A stretch of 32,816 bases of DNA from Gammaproteobacteria bacterium (GCA_011051475.1 DRLE01000267.1:1-32816); one strand, 5' to 3'. Positions 20,820 through 30,258 are shown, counted from the stretch's first letter. The notes: a model not told the origin generated them from the letters alone. Made by a program: numbers and translations.

Positions 20820-20903
20820 AATAATCTCCTCTGAGAATAGATAAACCGGCCAGAAACCGTAGTTTTCTTATATCTATAATGAGGATTTGAAGCAGAATAT
20901 CAA

Positions 20904-21155
20904 GTGAAAGATCGGGAGAGCAATGTGGAAGACTACCAGCCAATCGCCTGTGCCCTGCATGATGAATATGAAATAGCGATTATGCATAAAAGCATTCTGC
21001 AGCTGCAATGGCATGACGAGGATGGCAGCCTGCACAGGAGCCGGGTGCTGCCGGTTGATATCAGGGCGCAGGACGGCGCGGAGTATCTGCTGGTAAAAGA
21101 GCCGGGAGATGAGGCGGTGCAGTGGATTCGGCTGGACAGGATCAAGGTTTTATAA
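20904..21155 (+). CDS. rof: Rho-binding antiterminator Rof (YaeO family)
   Basis: YQPIACALHDEYEIA...AEYLLV...IRLDRI. Alternative GTG start at 20925. Confidence 0.85.
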   Translation: MKDRESNVEDYQPIACALHDEYEIAIMHKSILQLQWHDEDGSLHRSRVLPVDIRAQDGAEYLLVKEPGDEAVQWIRLDRIKVL

Positions 21156-21173
21156 ATCTGCAATCGGGGAAGT

Positions 21174-21339
21174 TTTTCTCTGTAAAGGCGCAGAGAAACG
21201 TTTCCTGTTTTTTTGTAGGAGCGGCATTCATTCCGCGAATATCAGCCTGAGCCAGAGGTATGCTCGTGGAATTGCCCACTCCCACAAAGCAATAAAACAA
21301 AAAGCTTTTCTCTGTGTTCTCTGTGTCTCTGTGGTAAAT
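21174..21339. repeat. Periodic-arm palindromic element C with nested GTAG REP-like doublet
   Basis: The right arm reverse complement is ATTTACCACAGAGACACAGAGAACACAGAGAAAAGCTTTT. The left arm is degenerate: AGGCGCAGAGAAACGTTTCC. Internal TTTGTAGGAGCGG...CCACTCCCACAAA at 21212-21288. Confidence 0.8.
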
Positions 21340-21371
21340 TGTTGTAAGCTTTCCCTTCGCGAAACTGGCGG

Positions 21372-22148
21372 CTAAAAAGCCCGCTGCCACCACGTCGGCA
21401 GCTCAGCCACCGAGTCCAGCACTTCATCGGGACGGATGCCCAGATCCAGGTCGCTTTCCCTGAACTTGCCGGTGCGCACCAGTATGGCCTTCAGTCCGGC
21501 CTTTTGCGCCGCTTCAATGTCGCCGCGAATATCATCACCGATCATGACCAGTTCATCCATGCCCAGCAGCTGTCTGGCCGCATTGAAGAAGGTTCGCGCC
21601 GGTTTGCCGGTTACTACGGCTTCACGGTCGCTGGCGTATTCAAAAGCCTTTACCATGGGGCCGACATCAAGTTGCAGCTGGCCGCTGGCGGTTTGCCAGT
21701 AACGGGTCATGCCCAGGGCAATGAGTTCCGCCTGCGGGTTATTAACCAGCAGGTGGAAGACATGATTCATGGTTGTAAAGTCCCATTGCTCGCCAAGGTC
21801 GCCAATGATGACGGCATCGACCGTATCGTTCTCATTGCTGTGCAGTTCGAAGCCGGAAAACTCTCCCGCTGTTTGCTCGGGAACGAACAGGGCAATGCGC
21901 TTCAGTTTTTTTTCCTGCAGCCACTGGCAGGCTGCAACCGGCGGGGTCAGGAAATCGTCGCTTCGGCTATGAATGCCATAGCCGGCAAGCCTGTCCACCA
22001 GGGCGCTGCGGGGTCTGGATGTGGTATTGGTGAGAAACAGGTGAGGAATATTGTTGTCGACAAACCAGCGTACCGCGTCAGCAGCGCCGTCAATGGCCCT
22101 GTCGCCTTCATAGAGTACGCCGTCGAGGTCAAACAGCATGGCCGGCAT
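21372..22148 (-). CDS. HAD-IIA family hydrolase (LHPP-like)
   Basis: FDLDGVLY, FLTNTT, GKP, MIGDDIRGDIEAAQKAGL...VRTGKF. Confidence 0.9.
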   Translation of the reverse strand: MPAMLFDLDGVLYEGDRAIDGAADAVRWFVDNNIPHLFLTNTTSRPRSALVDRLAGYGIHSRSDDFLTPPVAACQWLQEKKLKRIALFVPEQTAGEFSGFELHSNENDTVDAVIIGDLGEQWDFTTMNHVFHLLVNNPQAELIALGMTRYWQTASGQLQLDVGPMVKAFEYASDREAVVTGKPARTFFNAARQLLGMDELVMIGDDIRGDIEAAQKAGLKAILVRTGKFRESDLDLGIRPDEVLDSVAELPTWWQRAF

Positions 22149-22230
22149 AACAGGCTTCTCCGGGTTTTATATAACACCTGCAAATAGTGTACTGATATAA
22201 CCCCGGGCGGACAAGCCCGTTGCCAGCAGT

Positions 22231-23964
22231 CTACGATTCACATTCCTTGAATATAAGTACGTTACAGTCTTCACAAATGTCTTTATCAAGACGTTTGTAT
22301 ATTTCATGTATGGCTTCGCTCTTTGAATCAAAGAAATGGTCGGGACCGATTTCCTTGATAAAGCAGGTACGGGCGGCGAATTCGTAGACGGTGGATTTGA
22401 GTGCGACAAAGTACAGTCCACCACCTTTCTTTTTAAGCTGATTGTTTTCCTCGACCAGGCCTTCGGCGCCGGCAAGGTCGATAAAGTTAATACCGCTGGC
22501 GACAATCAGGATATGGTAGATGCGCTCATGTTCAACGATCTGTGCAATGCGCTTCTGGATATGGTTGATGGAGCCAAAGTACACCGACATGTCAATGCGG
22601 ATGATTTTCAGCTGCGGGCACTGGTTGATCGGTTTCTTGTCGATATTGATCAGTTTGCGGGCACCGGTTTGCGGATCAACATCGACGGACAGGGTAGGAA
22701 TCCTGGGTGTTGATGTTTTTGACAGAAAGAAGACCAGGGAAAGAATCACGCCGGCATAGATGGCAAATTCCAGTTCCAGGGTCAGGGTGGCAATGAACGT
22801 AACGGTCAGAATTGCGGCTTCAGCCTTGCTGAATCTGAAGGTGTTTCTGATATGGTGGAAATCAATCAGGTTATAGGCCACCAGCAGAATAACGCCGCCC
22901 ATGGCGGCAATCGGCAGATAGGCGGTAAGCGGCGCGATCAGCAGCACAATCAGCATCAGCGAGATGGCCGCAAAGATGGCCGACAAGGGCGTTTTTGCAC
23001 CGGCTTCATAGTTAATGCCGGAGCGGGTAAATGAGCCGGAACCGGCATAGGCGGAGAAGAAACTGCCGACCATATTCGACAGACCCTGGCCGATAAACTC
23101 CTGGTTGGCGTCTATGCGCTGGCTCGACTTGGTCGCAACCGCACGGCTGATGGACACCGCTTCGATCAGGCCGAGCAGGGAAACCGCAAAGGCATCCGGC
23201 GCCAGATCGCGTATGGTGTTGTAGGAGAAATCAGGCATTGAAGGCGGCGGCAGTTGCGCGGGAATCTCGCCCACCAGTTTGATACCATCGGTAAAGTTAT
23301 CCAGGTACAGAGCAATAAGACTGCCAACGATCATGCCCAGCAGCAGGTTGGGAGATCTTGGCATCAGGCGTTTAGTCACAATTGCGGTAATCAGGGTGGC
23401 AACAGCGATAACCACCAGGTAAATATTGATCTGGTCGAATTCGGTGGCTATGTCATACCAGGTATGGGCAAAAGACTCACCCTTGGGAATGGTAATGCCG
23501 AGTACGTGTTTCATCTGGCTGGTGGCAATGAGTATGGCTGCGCCGGCGGTAAAGCCGGCAACCACATTGTGTGAAACAAAGTTAACCAGTGAGCCCAGGC
23601 GAGCAATACCGAAGCCCAGCTGATAGGCCCCGGCAAGGAAGGTCAGAGTCAGGGCCATCTGGATATATTCCGGTGTACCGGGTTCGGCATGGCCGCTTAC
23701 CGTGGAAAAGACCACAATCGAAATTGCTGTCGTCGGACCGGAAATCAAATGGTGCGAGGAGCCAAACAGAGCGGCAATAATCGGCGTGACCATTGCGGTG
23801 TAAAGGCCGTATTCTGGAGGCAGGCCGGCGATGGTGGCAAAGGCCACGCCCTGAGGCAGAACGATTACCGCGCCGGTAAAGCCGGCGATAAGGTCGTCTT
23901 TTATAGTTGACGCATTGACTAATTTAAACCATTGTAGAAAAGGGAGGAACCTGGCTACCTGCAT
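22231..23964 (-). CDS. SulP/SLC26 family anion transporter with STAS domain
   Basis: DLIAGFTGAVIVLPQGVAFATIAGLPPEYGLY, NQEFIGQGLSN, GSFTRS, STAS INFIDLAG. Likely start is ATG 23964. Confidence 0.95.
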   Translation of the reverse strand: MQVARFLPFLQWFKLVNASTIKDDLIAGFTGAVIVLPQGVAFATIAGLPPEYGLYTAMVTPIIAALFGSSHHLISGPTTAISIVVFSTVSGHAEPGTPEYIQMALTLTFLAGAYQLGFGIARLGSLVNFVSHNVVAGFTAGAAILIATSQMKHVLGITIPKGESFAHTWYDIATEFDQINIYLVVIAVATLITAIVTKRLMPRSPNLLLGMIVGSLIALYLDNFTDGIKLVGEIPAQLPPPSMPDFSYNTIRDLAPDAFAVSLLGLIEAVSISRAVATKSSQRIDANQEFIGQGLSNMVGSFFSAYAGSGSFTRSGINYEAGAKTPLSAIFAAISLMLIVLLIAPLTAYLPIAAMGGVILLVAYNLIDFHHIRNTFRFSKAEAAILTVTFIATLTLELEFAIYAGVILSLVFFLSKTSTPRIPTLSVDVDPQTGARKLINIDKKPINQCPQLKIIRIDMSVYFGSINHIQKRIAQIVEHERIYHILIVASGINFIDLAGAEGLVEENNQLKKKGGGLYFVALKSTVYEFAARTCFIKEIGPDHFFDSKSEAIHEIYKRLDKDICEDCNVLIFKECES

Positions 23965-24112
23965 TATTTTTCCAGTATGAATGTAAGTTATTGAAAATAA
24001 GGGTCTAAAAAACAAATTATTTTATAAGGATATTCTGTTTTAGACTATATACCAATCTGAATAGAGTGGCTTTAAAGGCTGTGTCGGGGCGATGCATTCC
24101 CGAAAATCGAGT

Positions 24113-24385
24113 TTATCCTTCAGCCGTCAGGTCTCTTAGTTTTTCGTTCAGTTCGACGGAATTATGCGTATCGATTTCCAGGGTTTTACGTGATGCTGTC
24201 AGCCCGCTGGCGATGGAAATACTGCCTTTGGGCAGTTGCAGTGCTTTTTCCAGAAATTTAATCACGGCCTTGTTGGCCCGGCCTTTTTCCGGCGGCGCTT
24301 TTACCTTGATCTTCAGGGTTTCACCCAGCCAGCCGGCAAAGGCGTCGCGTGATGATGAGGGAATAACCTTGATCTGCAGTTTCAC
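24113..24385 (-). CDS. DUF167/UPF0235 (YggU-like) protein
   Basis: LQIKVIPSSSRD...LKIKVKAPPEKGRANKAV...GLTASRK. Confidence 0.9.
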   Translation of the reverse strand: MKLQIKVIPSSSRDAFAGWLGETLKIKVKAPPEKGRANKAVIKFLEKALQLPKGSISIASGLTASRKTLEIDTHNSVELNEKLRDLTAEG

Positions 24386-24393
24386 GGGAGTTT

Positions 24394-25368
24394 TCAGCCT
24401 GTGCTGTCATCCTGCTGCCCGGACTCATCGACACGCTGCCAGTTTTCATCCACCAGCACCACCTCGTGTTTGGCCCAGCGGGAAAATTCGTTCTTGCTCA
24501 TGACGCCGGAACTGCGTCGCCCGGCGCCGGCCACGGTCTTGTAGATCAGTTGTTCCTCGCCGCTGTCATCGTCTGCCTCTGACCAGTCTACGATCTGGCG
24601 GACCGACCACAGCTTGCCGTATTCACCGTTACTGTAATAATGACCGTTTTTGAGCTGGTGATGCGCAAGAGGGCGGGTATGGTGGTGTTTGATAACCAGG
24701 TCATAAATGGTCAACAGATCGCTTTCGGTAATGTCGAGGAAGGAGTCGAACTCGCTAAGGGCATAGACAAAGTCTTCATGCGTAATGGTTTCACGCGTGG
24801 GTGCTTCCTCATCCGGCTCGGGTTCGGCCTTCGGCAGTTTCGCCAGGTAGGCGGGATAGCGCCGCCACCTGAACAGGTAATTAAAGGCGATGGCAATGGC
24901 CAGAATCGTGACGACATTGATCATGGCCGGGGTCAGCACATACTGGTAGCCGAGCGCATGCACCGACTCACCGCCGACAACGGCCGACAGCGCCGTGGCG
25001 CCACCGGGCGGATGCACACAGTTAAGGTAGTACATGGTCGAAACGGCAATGCCTACGGCCAGTGGGGCCGCAATAAAAACATCCGGAATGTATTTTGCGC
25101 AGCTCACGCCGACAATGGCCGAGAAAAAATGTCCGCCGATCAGCGCCCAGGGCTGGGAAAGTGGCCCATGCGGCACGGCAAACAGCAGTACCGCAGAAGC
25201 GCCCATGGAGGCGACAATAATATAGGTGGCCACGCCCTCGACGAAAAAGCTGCTGGTATAGAACACCGCGAAAATCCCGAAAAACGCGCCCAGGCCGGAG
25301 ATCAGTTTTTCGGTATGACCGGTGCGGTATGGCGGCAGGCCGAGGAAGTTGATCAGGGTTTTGTGCAT
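24394..25368 (-). CDS. HPP family membrane protein with extra C-terminal domain
   Basis: ASMGASAVLLFAVPHGPLSQPW, CVHPPGGATAL, then a soluble C-terminal region. Confidence 0.9.
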   Translation of the reverse strand: MHKTLINFLGLPPYRTGHTEKLISGLGAFFGIFAVFYTSSFFVEGVATYIIVASMGASAVLLFAVPHGPLSQPWALIGGHFFSAIVGVSCAKYIPDVFIAAPLAVGIAVSTMYYLNCVHPPGGATALSAVVGGESVHALGYQYVLTPAMINVVTILAIAIAFNYLFRWRRYPAYLAKLPKAEPEPDEEAPTRETITHEDFVYALSEFDSFLDITESDLLTIYDLVIKHHHTRPLAHHQLKNGHYYSNGEYGKLWSVRQIVDWSEADDDSGEEQLIYKTVAGAGRRSSGVMSKNEFSRWAKHEVVLVDENWQRVDESGQQDDSTG

Positions 25369-25401
25369 ATTTCAAAGTGTTGTGGTGGTCGTGTCGGAGT
25401 G

Positions 25402-25593
25402 TTTTTTTGAACCACAGAGGACACAGAGGTACACAGAGGAAAAGCTTTTTATTGTTTTTTCCTTCATTGCGAGCGCAGCGAAGCAATCTCGAAATGGTTG
25501 CTGCGGAGCGAGATTCATCGTTAGGTTCGTAAACGGTACATCCCTAAAAACAAAAACTCTGTGTACCTCTGTGTCCTCTGTGGTTCAAAAAAA
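25402..25593. repeat. Periodic-arm palindromic element B (perfect 37-bp terminal inverted repeat)
   Basis: TTTTTTTGAACCACAGAGGACACAGAGGTACACAGAG (25402-25438) is the exact reverse complement of 25557-25593. Internal TCATTGCGAGCGCAGCGAAGCAATCTCGA at 25464-25492. Confidence 0.95.
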
Positions 25594-25614
25594 TATATCA
25601 ACCAGACCCAGACC

Positions 25615-27579
25615 TCAGGCCTTACCCTGCAACTGCGCAATCACCGCCTCGTTCTCCAGCGTCGAGGTATCCGAGGTGATTTCCTCACCGGCGGCGATGG
25701 TGCGCAGCAGGCGGCGCATGATCTTGCCTGAGCGGGTTTTGGGCAGGCCTTCGGCAAAGCGGATGTCATCCGGCTTGGCGATGGGGCCGATCTGTTCGCC
25801 GACCCAGTCGCGAAGCTCCTTCGCCATTTTCTCTGCCGCTTCGCCGGTCGGACGTTCGCCCTTGCAGATAACAAAGGCAACAATGGCTTCGCCCTTGACC
25901 TCATGCGGGCGACCCACGACGGCGGCTTCGACCACGGCATCGTGTGCCACCAGCGCCGACTCGACTTCCATGGTACCGAGGCGGTGCCCGGAAACATTCA
26001 GCACATCATCGATACGGCCCATAATCCAGAAATAGCCATTCTCGTCGCGCCGCGCACTGTCGCCGGCGAGGTAGTACTTGCCGCCGAACTTGGGGTAATA
26101 GGTATCGGCATAACGCTGGTCATCGCCCCAGACGGTGCGCAGCATAGAGGGCCAGGGCTTTTTGATCACCAGATAGCCACCGGTATTGGCCTCGGTGATG
26201 GATTCGCCTTCCTCGTTGACCACGTCCGCCATCATGCCGGGCAGGGGCAGGGTGCAGGAGCCGGGCTTGGTCGCAGTGACGCCGGGAACCGGGCTGATCA
26301 CATGGGCGCCGGTTTCGGTCTGCCACCAGGTATCAACGATCGGACAGTTCTCCTTGCCGATCACCGTGTGATACCACATCCAGGCCTCCGGATTAATCGG
26401 TTCACCCACGGTGCCCAGCAGGCGCAGCGAGGACAGGTCATAGCTGTTGGGGAAATCATCGCCCAGTCTCATCAGGGCGCGGATGGCCGTCGGCGCCGTG
26501 TAGAAAATGGTCACCTTGTGTTCTTCCACCATTTTCCAGAAACGCCCGCCATCGGGAATGACCGGCGCGCCTTCATACATCACAATGGTGCTGGCGGCTG
26601 CCAGCGGGCCATAGGCGACATAGGTGTGGCCGGTGATCCAGCCGACATCGGCGGTACACCAGAATATGTCTTCATCGCGCAGGTCGAATACCCACAGATT
26701 GGTGGTAATGGCGTTAAGCAGATAGCCGGCACTGGCATGCTGGATGCCCTTGGGCTTGCCGGTTGAGCCGGAGGTATAGAGCAGAAACAGCGGGTGCTCG
26801 GCATTGACCCAGACCGGTTCACATTCGTTGCTCTGGCCGGCAATCGCGTCAGACCACCAGATATCACGGCCTTCCTGCATGGCGATATCATGGCCGGTGC
26901 GTTTCAGTACGATAACGTTCTTGATACAGTCACAACCACTGCTCAGTGCCTTGTCGGCCGCTTCCTTCAGCGGTACGATCTTGCCGCCGCGAGTGCCGCC
27001 ATCGGCGGTAATCAGCATCACCGCCTGCGCGTCTTCAATACGGTCACGCAGTGACTCGGCGGAAAAACCACCAAACACCACGGATTGAACCGCGCCGATA
27101 CGCGCGCAGGCCTGCATGGCAATCACCGCCTCGGGCACCATCGGCATATAGATCACCACGCGGTCACCTTCCCTGATGCCATGAGCCTTAAGAGCATTGG
27201 CAAATTCGCAGACTTCATCGTGCAGCTGCTGGTATGTCAGCTTGCGCACATCACCGCCTTCGCCTTCAAAGATAATCGCGGTTTTATCAGCGTGTTTTGC
27301 CAGATGGCGGTCGATGCAGTTATAGCTGACATTCATCTCACCATCGCTGAACCATTTAAAATGCGGTGCGTTGGATTCGTCCAGCGTTTGCGTGAACGGC
27401 TTCTGCCAGTCAATCAGTTCCCTGGCCAGGTCGGCCCAGAAACCCTCGTAGTCTTCTTCCGCGCGTTTATGCAGGGCGGCGAGGTCATCGGGCTTGATAC
27501 GAGCCCTGGCGGTAAATTCCGCACTGGGTTTGAACAGACGGTTTTCGATTAAAACAGAATTGATTTCAATGCCGGACAC
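25615..27579 (-). CDS. acs: Acetyl-CoA synthetase (acetate-CoA ligase)
   Basis: [58 protein letters not shown]. Confidence 0.97.
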   Translation of the reverse strand: MSGIEINSVLIENRLFKPSAEFTARARIKPDDLAALHKRAEEDYEGFWADLARELIDWQKPFTQTLDESNAPHFKWFSDGEMNVSYNCIDRHLAKHADKTAIIFEGEGGDVRKLTYQQLHDEVCEFANALKAHGIREGDRVVIYMPMVPEAVIAMQACARIGAVQSVVFGGFSAESLRDRIEDAQAVMLITADGGTRGGKIVPLKEAADKALSSGCDCIKNVIVLKRTGHDIAMQEGRDIWWSDAIAGQSNECEPVWVNAEHPLFLLYTSGSTGKPKGIQHASAGYLLNAITTNLWVFDLRDEDIFWCTADVGWITGHTYVAYGPLAAASTIVMYEGAPVIPDGGRFWKMVEEHKVTIFYTAPTAIRALMRLGDDFPNSYDLSSLRLLGTVGEPINPEAWMWYHTVIGKENCPIVDTWWQTETGAHVISPVPGVTATKPGSCTLPLPGMMADVVNEEGESITEANTGGYLVIKKPWPSMLRTVWGDDQRYADTYYPKFGGKYYLAGDSARRDENGYFWIMGRIDDVLNVSGHRLGTMEVESALVAHDAVVEAAVVGRPHEVKGEAIVAFVICKGERPTGEAAEKMAKELRDWVGEQIGPIAKPDDIRFAEGLPKTRSGKIMRRLLRTIAAGEEITSDTSTLENEAVIAQLQGKA

Positions 27580-27683
27580 GGTGGAATTCCTCTTGTTTTT
27601 GGCTTTGTTATTAGGGGTTTAGCATACACTGTGTGGGGCGAAAGTTCTATTGCCGATGTGAGCGCCGGGGAAAGCGCTTTGGG

Positions 27684-27942
27684 TTCGCAAATAACGCAAA
27701 AGACGCGAAAAAAGCTAAAAGCAGTTCACCACAGAGACACAGAGGCCACAGAGTTATAGTAATGTCGCCCTGAGTGGAACGCAGTAAAGTCGAAGGGGCT
27801 TATACTATTGTGTTTTCAGTAGTAGGCCGGCATAAGGAACGTTGCCGGCTTTTTTCATCCATTCGCCGGCAACGTTCCTTATGCCGGCCTACGAATATAT
27901 TATGTCTGAGCCGGGGTGTTTTTTTGCGCCTTTCGCGGCTAA
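27684..27942. repeat. Periodic-arm compound element D
   Basis: Left arms TTCGCAAATAACGCAAAAGACGCGAAAAAA (27684-27713) and TTCACCACAGAGACACAGAGGCCACAGAG (27725-27753). Right arm TTTTTTTGCGCCTTTCGCGGCTAA (27919-27942). Confidence 0.8.
27822..27892. repeat. GTAG-family REP doublet (REPIN-like)
   Basis: Perfect 28-bp inverted pair GTAGGCCGGCATAAGGAACGTTGCCGGC / GCCGGCAACGTTCCTTATGCCGGCCTAC. Each unit is GTAG followed by its own GCCGGCA...TGCCGGC hairpin. Confidence 0.9.
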
Positions 27943-28817
27943 ACAATCATTTTCGATTTCTGCGGTACCCGGCCAATATCCCAGTGCGTTAGCGACCACA
28001 GCCATATATCCTCCAGGCTGCTGCCGGCAAGTTCGCTCGGCGGCTGCTGGCCAAGAAAATCCAGTGCCCTGATCAGTAATTTTTCTCTGTCTTTGATATC
28101 TACCCGGCTGGCACCTTCCGACTTGCTGATTTTATTGCCATGCGCATCCACCGCCAGTGGCAGGTGCGCATATTGCGGTGTCGGGTAGCCCAGTTTCTGT
28201 TGCAGATAGATCTGTCTTGCGGTGGAATCGAGCAGATCGGCGCCACGTACGATCTCGGTCACACCCTGCAGGGCATCATCGACCACCACCGCCAGCTGGT
28301 AGGCAAACAGGCCATCGCGACGTTTGATAATAAAGTCACCGCATTCACTGGCCAGTGCCTGCTGTTGCTCGCCCATAATAATGTCGTTAAAGCGGATCGT
28401 AACTGCCTCTGTACACAGACGCAGTGCATGTTCATTCTGTTCCGGCATTGATCGCTGGCGACAGGTGCCGGGATAAACGGCCAGGCCGGCCAGCTGCTTG
28501 CGTGAACAGGTGCAGGGAAAGACAAGTTTCTGTGACAGCAGGCTGTCTAGCGCCTGCTGGTAAAGCTCGGTGCGCTGTGATTGATAAAGTACATCGCCCT
28601 GCCACTCAAAGCCAAAGGCTTCCAGTGTTTTCAGTATATCCGTATCCGCGCCTTCCACCCTGCGCGTGGTATCCACATCCTCCATACGCAATAACCAGTC
28701 GCCGCTGTTCGCTTTAGCCTGCAGATAACTGCCGACCGCGGCCAGCAACGTACCGAAGTGGACAGGGCCGGTGGGTGAGGGGGCGAAGCGGCCGATGTAG
28801 GTGGATGGAATGTGCAT
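27939..28817 (-). CDS. gluQ: Glutamyl-Q tRNA(Asp) synthetase
   Basis: GRFAPSPTGPVHFG, LRMEDVD, CTCSRK...YPGTCR, YQLAVVVDD, VRGADLL, KISKS. 292 aa with no anticodon-binding domain. Confidence 0.95.
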   Translation of the reverse strand: MHIPSTYIGRFAPSPTGPVHFGTLLAAVGSYLQAKANSGDWLLRMEDVDTTRRVEGADTDILKTLEAFGFEWQGDVLYQSQRTELYQQALDSLLSQKLVFPCTCSRKQLAGLAVYPGTCRQRSMPEQNEHALRLCTEAVTIRFNDIIMGEQQQALASECGDFIIKRRDGLFAYQLAVVVDDALQGVTEIVRGADLLDSTARQIYLQQKLGYPTPQYAHLPLAVDAHGNKISKSEGASRVDIKDREKLLIRALDFLGQQPPSELAGSSLEDIWLWSLTHWDIGRVPQKSKMIV

Positions 28818-28827
28818 TATGCGGTTA

Positions 28828-28866
28828 TTTTAGCCGCGAAGAACGCGAAGTGCGCAAAAAAAAGCA
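28828..28866 (+). repeat. Periodic arm E (left boundary of VPLPA-CTERM cassette)
   Basis: TTTTAGCCGCGAAGAACGCGAAGTGCGCAAAAAAAAGCA; inverted partner at 30303-30343. Confidence 0.8.
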
Positions 28867-28870
28867 CTTG

Positions 28871-28899
28871 AAAAAAAGAGCCTGATCAAGTCAGGCTCT
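28871..28899 (-). terminator. Intrinsic terminator of VPLPA-CTERM gene
   Basis: AGAGCCTGA-TCAAG-TCAGGCTCT with an A-tract on the left (a U-tract on the minus strand). Confidence 0.8.
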
Positions 28900-28924
28900 G
28901 TTGGTTGGTAATACGTGTAACCGT

Positions 28925-29779
28925 TCAGCAGGTTGCGCAGTTTTTCCGCCTTTTCTGAATACCAACCAGTCCGACCAGACCTGATGCAAACAACCACAGT
29001 GAGGCAGGCAAGGGCACGGCAGAAACATTACTTGTATAGCCGGGGTCAAGATTGAAGCCATTGAAGGAAAGGCTGGCGCTGATGGCGGCATCAGCGCTGG
29101 CCTGATTTGTTGTGTACCAGAACTCAAAGGTGTAGGGAGTGTTGAGCAATACGCTGATACTGCTGGTTGTCAGATTGGGTGCAACACTGATGTTATCGCC
29201 ACCAGGCGCGGAATTGTAGCTTTCCTGCTGAAAGTAATAACTACCTCCACGACAGTTATAGGAACAGACATCAGTTGGCTGATACAGGCTCATGCCGCCA
29301 CCAATGGCAATGCTGTAACTGGGGGTGGTGCTTGGTGTTCCCAGTTTGGCGTTCACCAGGGTTGTCACTAGCGTGCTGCTGCGGGTGAAATTGGCGCTAA
29401 CATTGATCCAGCCAGTATCCGTTCCGTTGATTGACGAGAAGATGACATCTTCCATGATGATGCGCCCCGTGACTTCAGGTATTTCGTAGGAGCCGAAAAA
29501 CCAGGCATCCGGGTTGTGCACGACTTCGATATAATTCTGGATGGTATTGCCGCTGGCGCTGGCCTCACCATAAATCTTTACATCGCCGCGACTGACCGTA
29601 TAAGCTGCGGCAGTGGCTCCTGCATTACCCGTATTATAATCAAAAACGGGTCCTGAGCCGACCTGGCCGACGCCAGCGCTGTAAATCGTTGCGGCATTAA
29701 CCGTGCCGGCAAGCAGGAGCATGGCCAGAGCGCTTGTTCCGGTGATCCTGGCAGAGAGTGATAAGTGTTTTCTGTTCAT
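28925..29779 (-). CDS. Exosortase-sorted surface protein (VPLPA-CTERM / PEP-CTERM class)
   Basis: Signal peptide ending VNA-A, Ser/Thr/Asn/Gly-rich body, C-terminus VSAVPLPASLWLFASGLVGLVGIQKRRK. Confidence 0.9.
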   Translation of the reverse strand: MNRKHLSLSARITGTSALAMLLLAGTVNAATIYSAGVGQVGSGPVFDYNTGNAGATAAAYTVSRGDVKIYGEASASGNTIQNYIEVVHNPDAWFFGSYEIPEVTGRIIMEDVIFSSINGTDTGWINVSANFTRSSTLVTTLVNAKLGTPSTTPSYSIAIGGGMSLYQPTDVCSYNCRGGSYYFQQESYNSAPGGDNISVAPNLTTSSISVLLNTPYTFEFWYTTNQASADAAISASLSFNGFNLDPGYTSNVSAVPLPASLWLFASGLVGLVGIQKRRKNCATC

Positions 29780-30024
29780 GAGCTTATCTCCTTATAAATC
29801 GGGGCAATGTAGCATTGCTTACATCGGTGCCAGCTGATTTGGTACATAGCTTCGGTTGTGTCGAAGCCAAATGTGTGACGTTCTAGCACGGAGTTAAGTA
29901 TGGTGTATTGGAGTCCGGTATTCTATCCCATATTTATGGGATGCAGATTCAATGTGTCGGATGGTATGCCCGGTTAATGAATAACCACCTTTAACAGCGC
30001 AAGACAGACTGGGCGGTAAACAGA

Positions 30025-30118
30025 AAATATATCATTCTCCTGATCGAGGACGATGACATTACCCGCCAGCGCTGCCATGGCACACCAGTTGCTCAAGCGT
30101 TCTCACATTGAATCGTAG
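30025..30118 (+). pseudogene. Possible response-regulator receiver-domain remnant
   Basis: Reads KYIILLIEDDDITRQR, like receiver beta1-alpha1. There is an in-frame TAA upstream (29992-29994) and the frame ends after about 28 codons. Confidence 0.35.
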
Positions 30119-30258
30119 GGATGGAAAAAGATCTCGCTCCTACAATGTTTTTTCGCTTTAGCCAGGATTGGCAGGATGATTAACTTTTGTGAGTGCTATT
30201 CCAGTATGAAGTGGCATAAGACCTCTTCGGCTACGCACAGAGTGACAAACTAAAAATA

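Noticed and set aside
25322-25614. Small ORFs crossing repeat elements (for example PQRTQRYTE, LCVPLCPLW; also 21109-21427 and 19270-19485)
   Set aside because: The peptide periodicity is simply the translated DNA repeat; there is no RBS or family evidence.
29815-29833. Sigma54-like TGGCAC motif upstream of the VPLPA-CTERM gene (minus strand)
   Set aside because: The GG-to-GC spacing is 11 nt rather than the required 10, and TTGC is absent.
30157-30184. TTTAGCCAGGATTGGCAGGATG as an additional arm variant
   Set aside because: It starts like arm E and has a 9-nt period, but it has only two units and no partner, so it is too weak to list as a feature.
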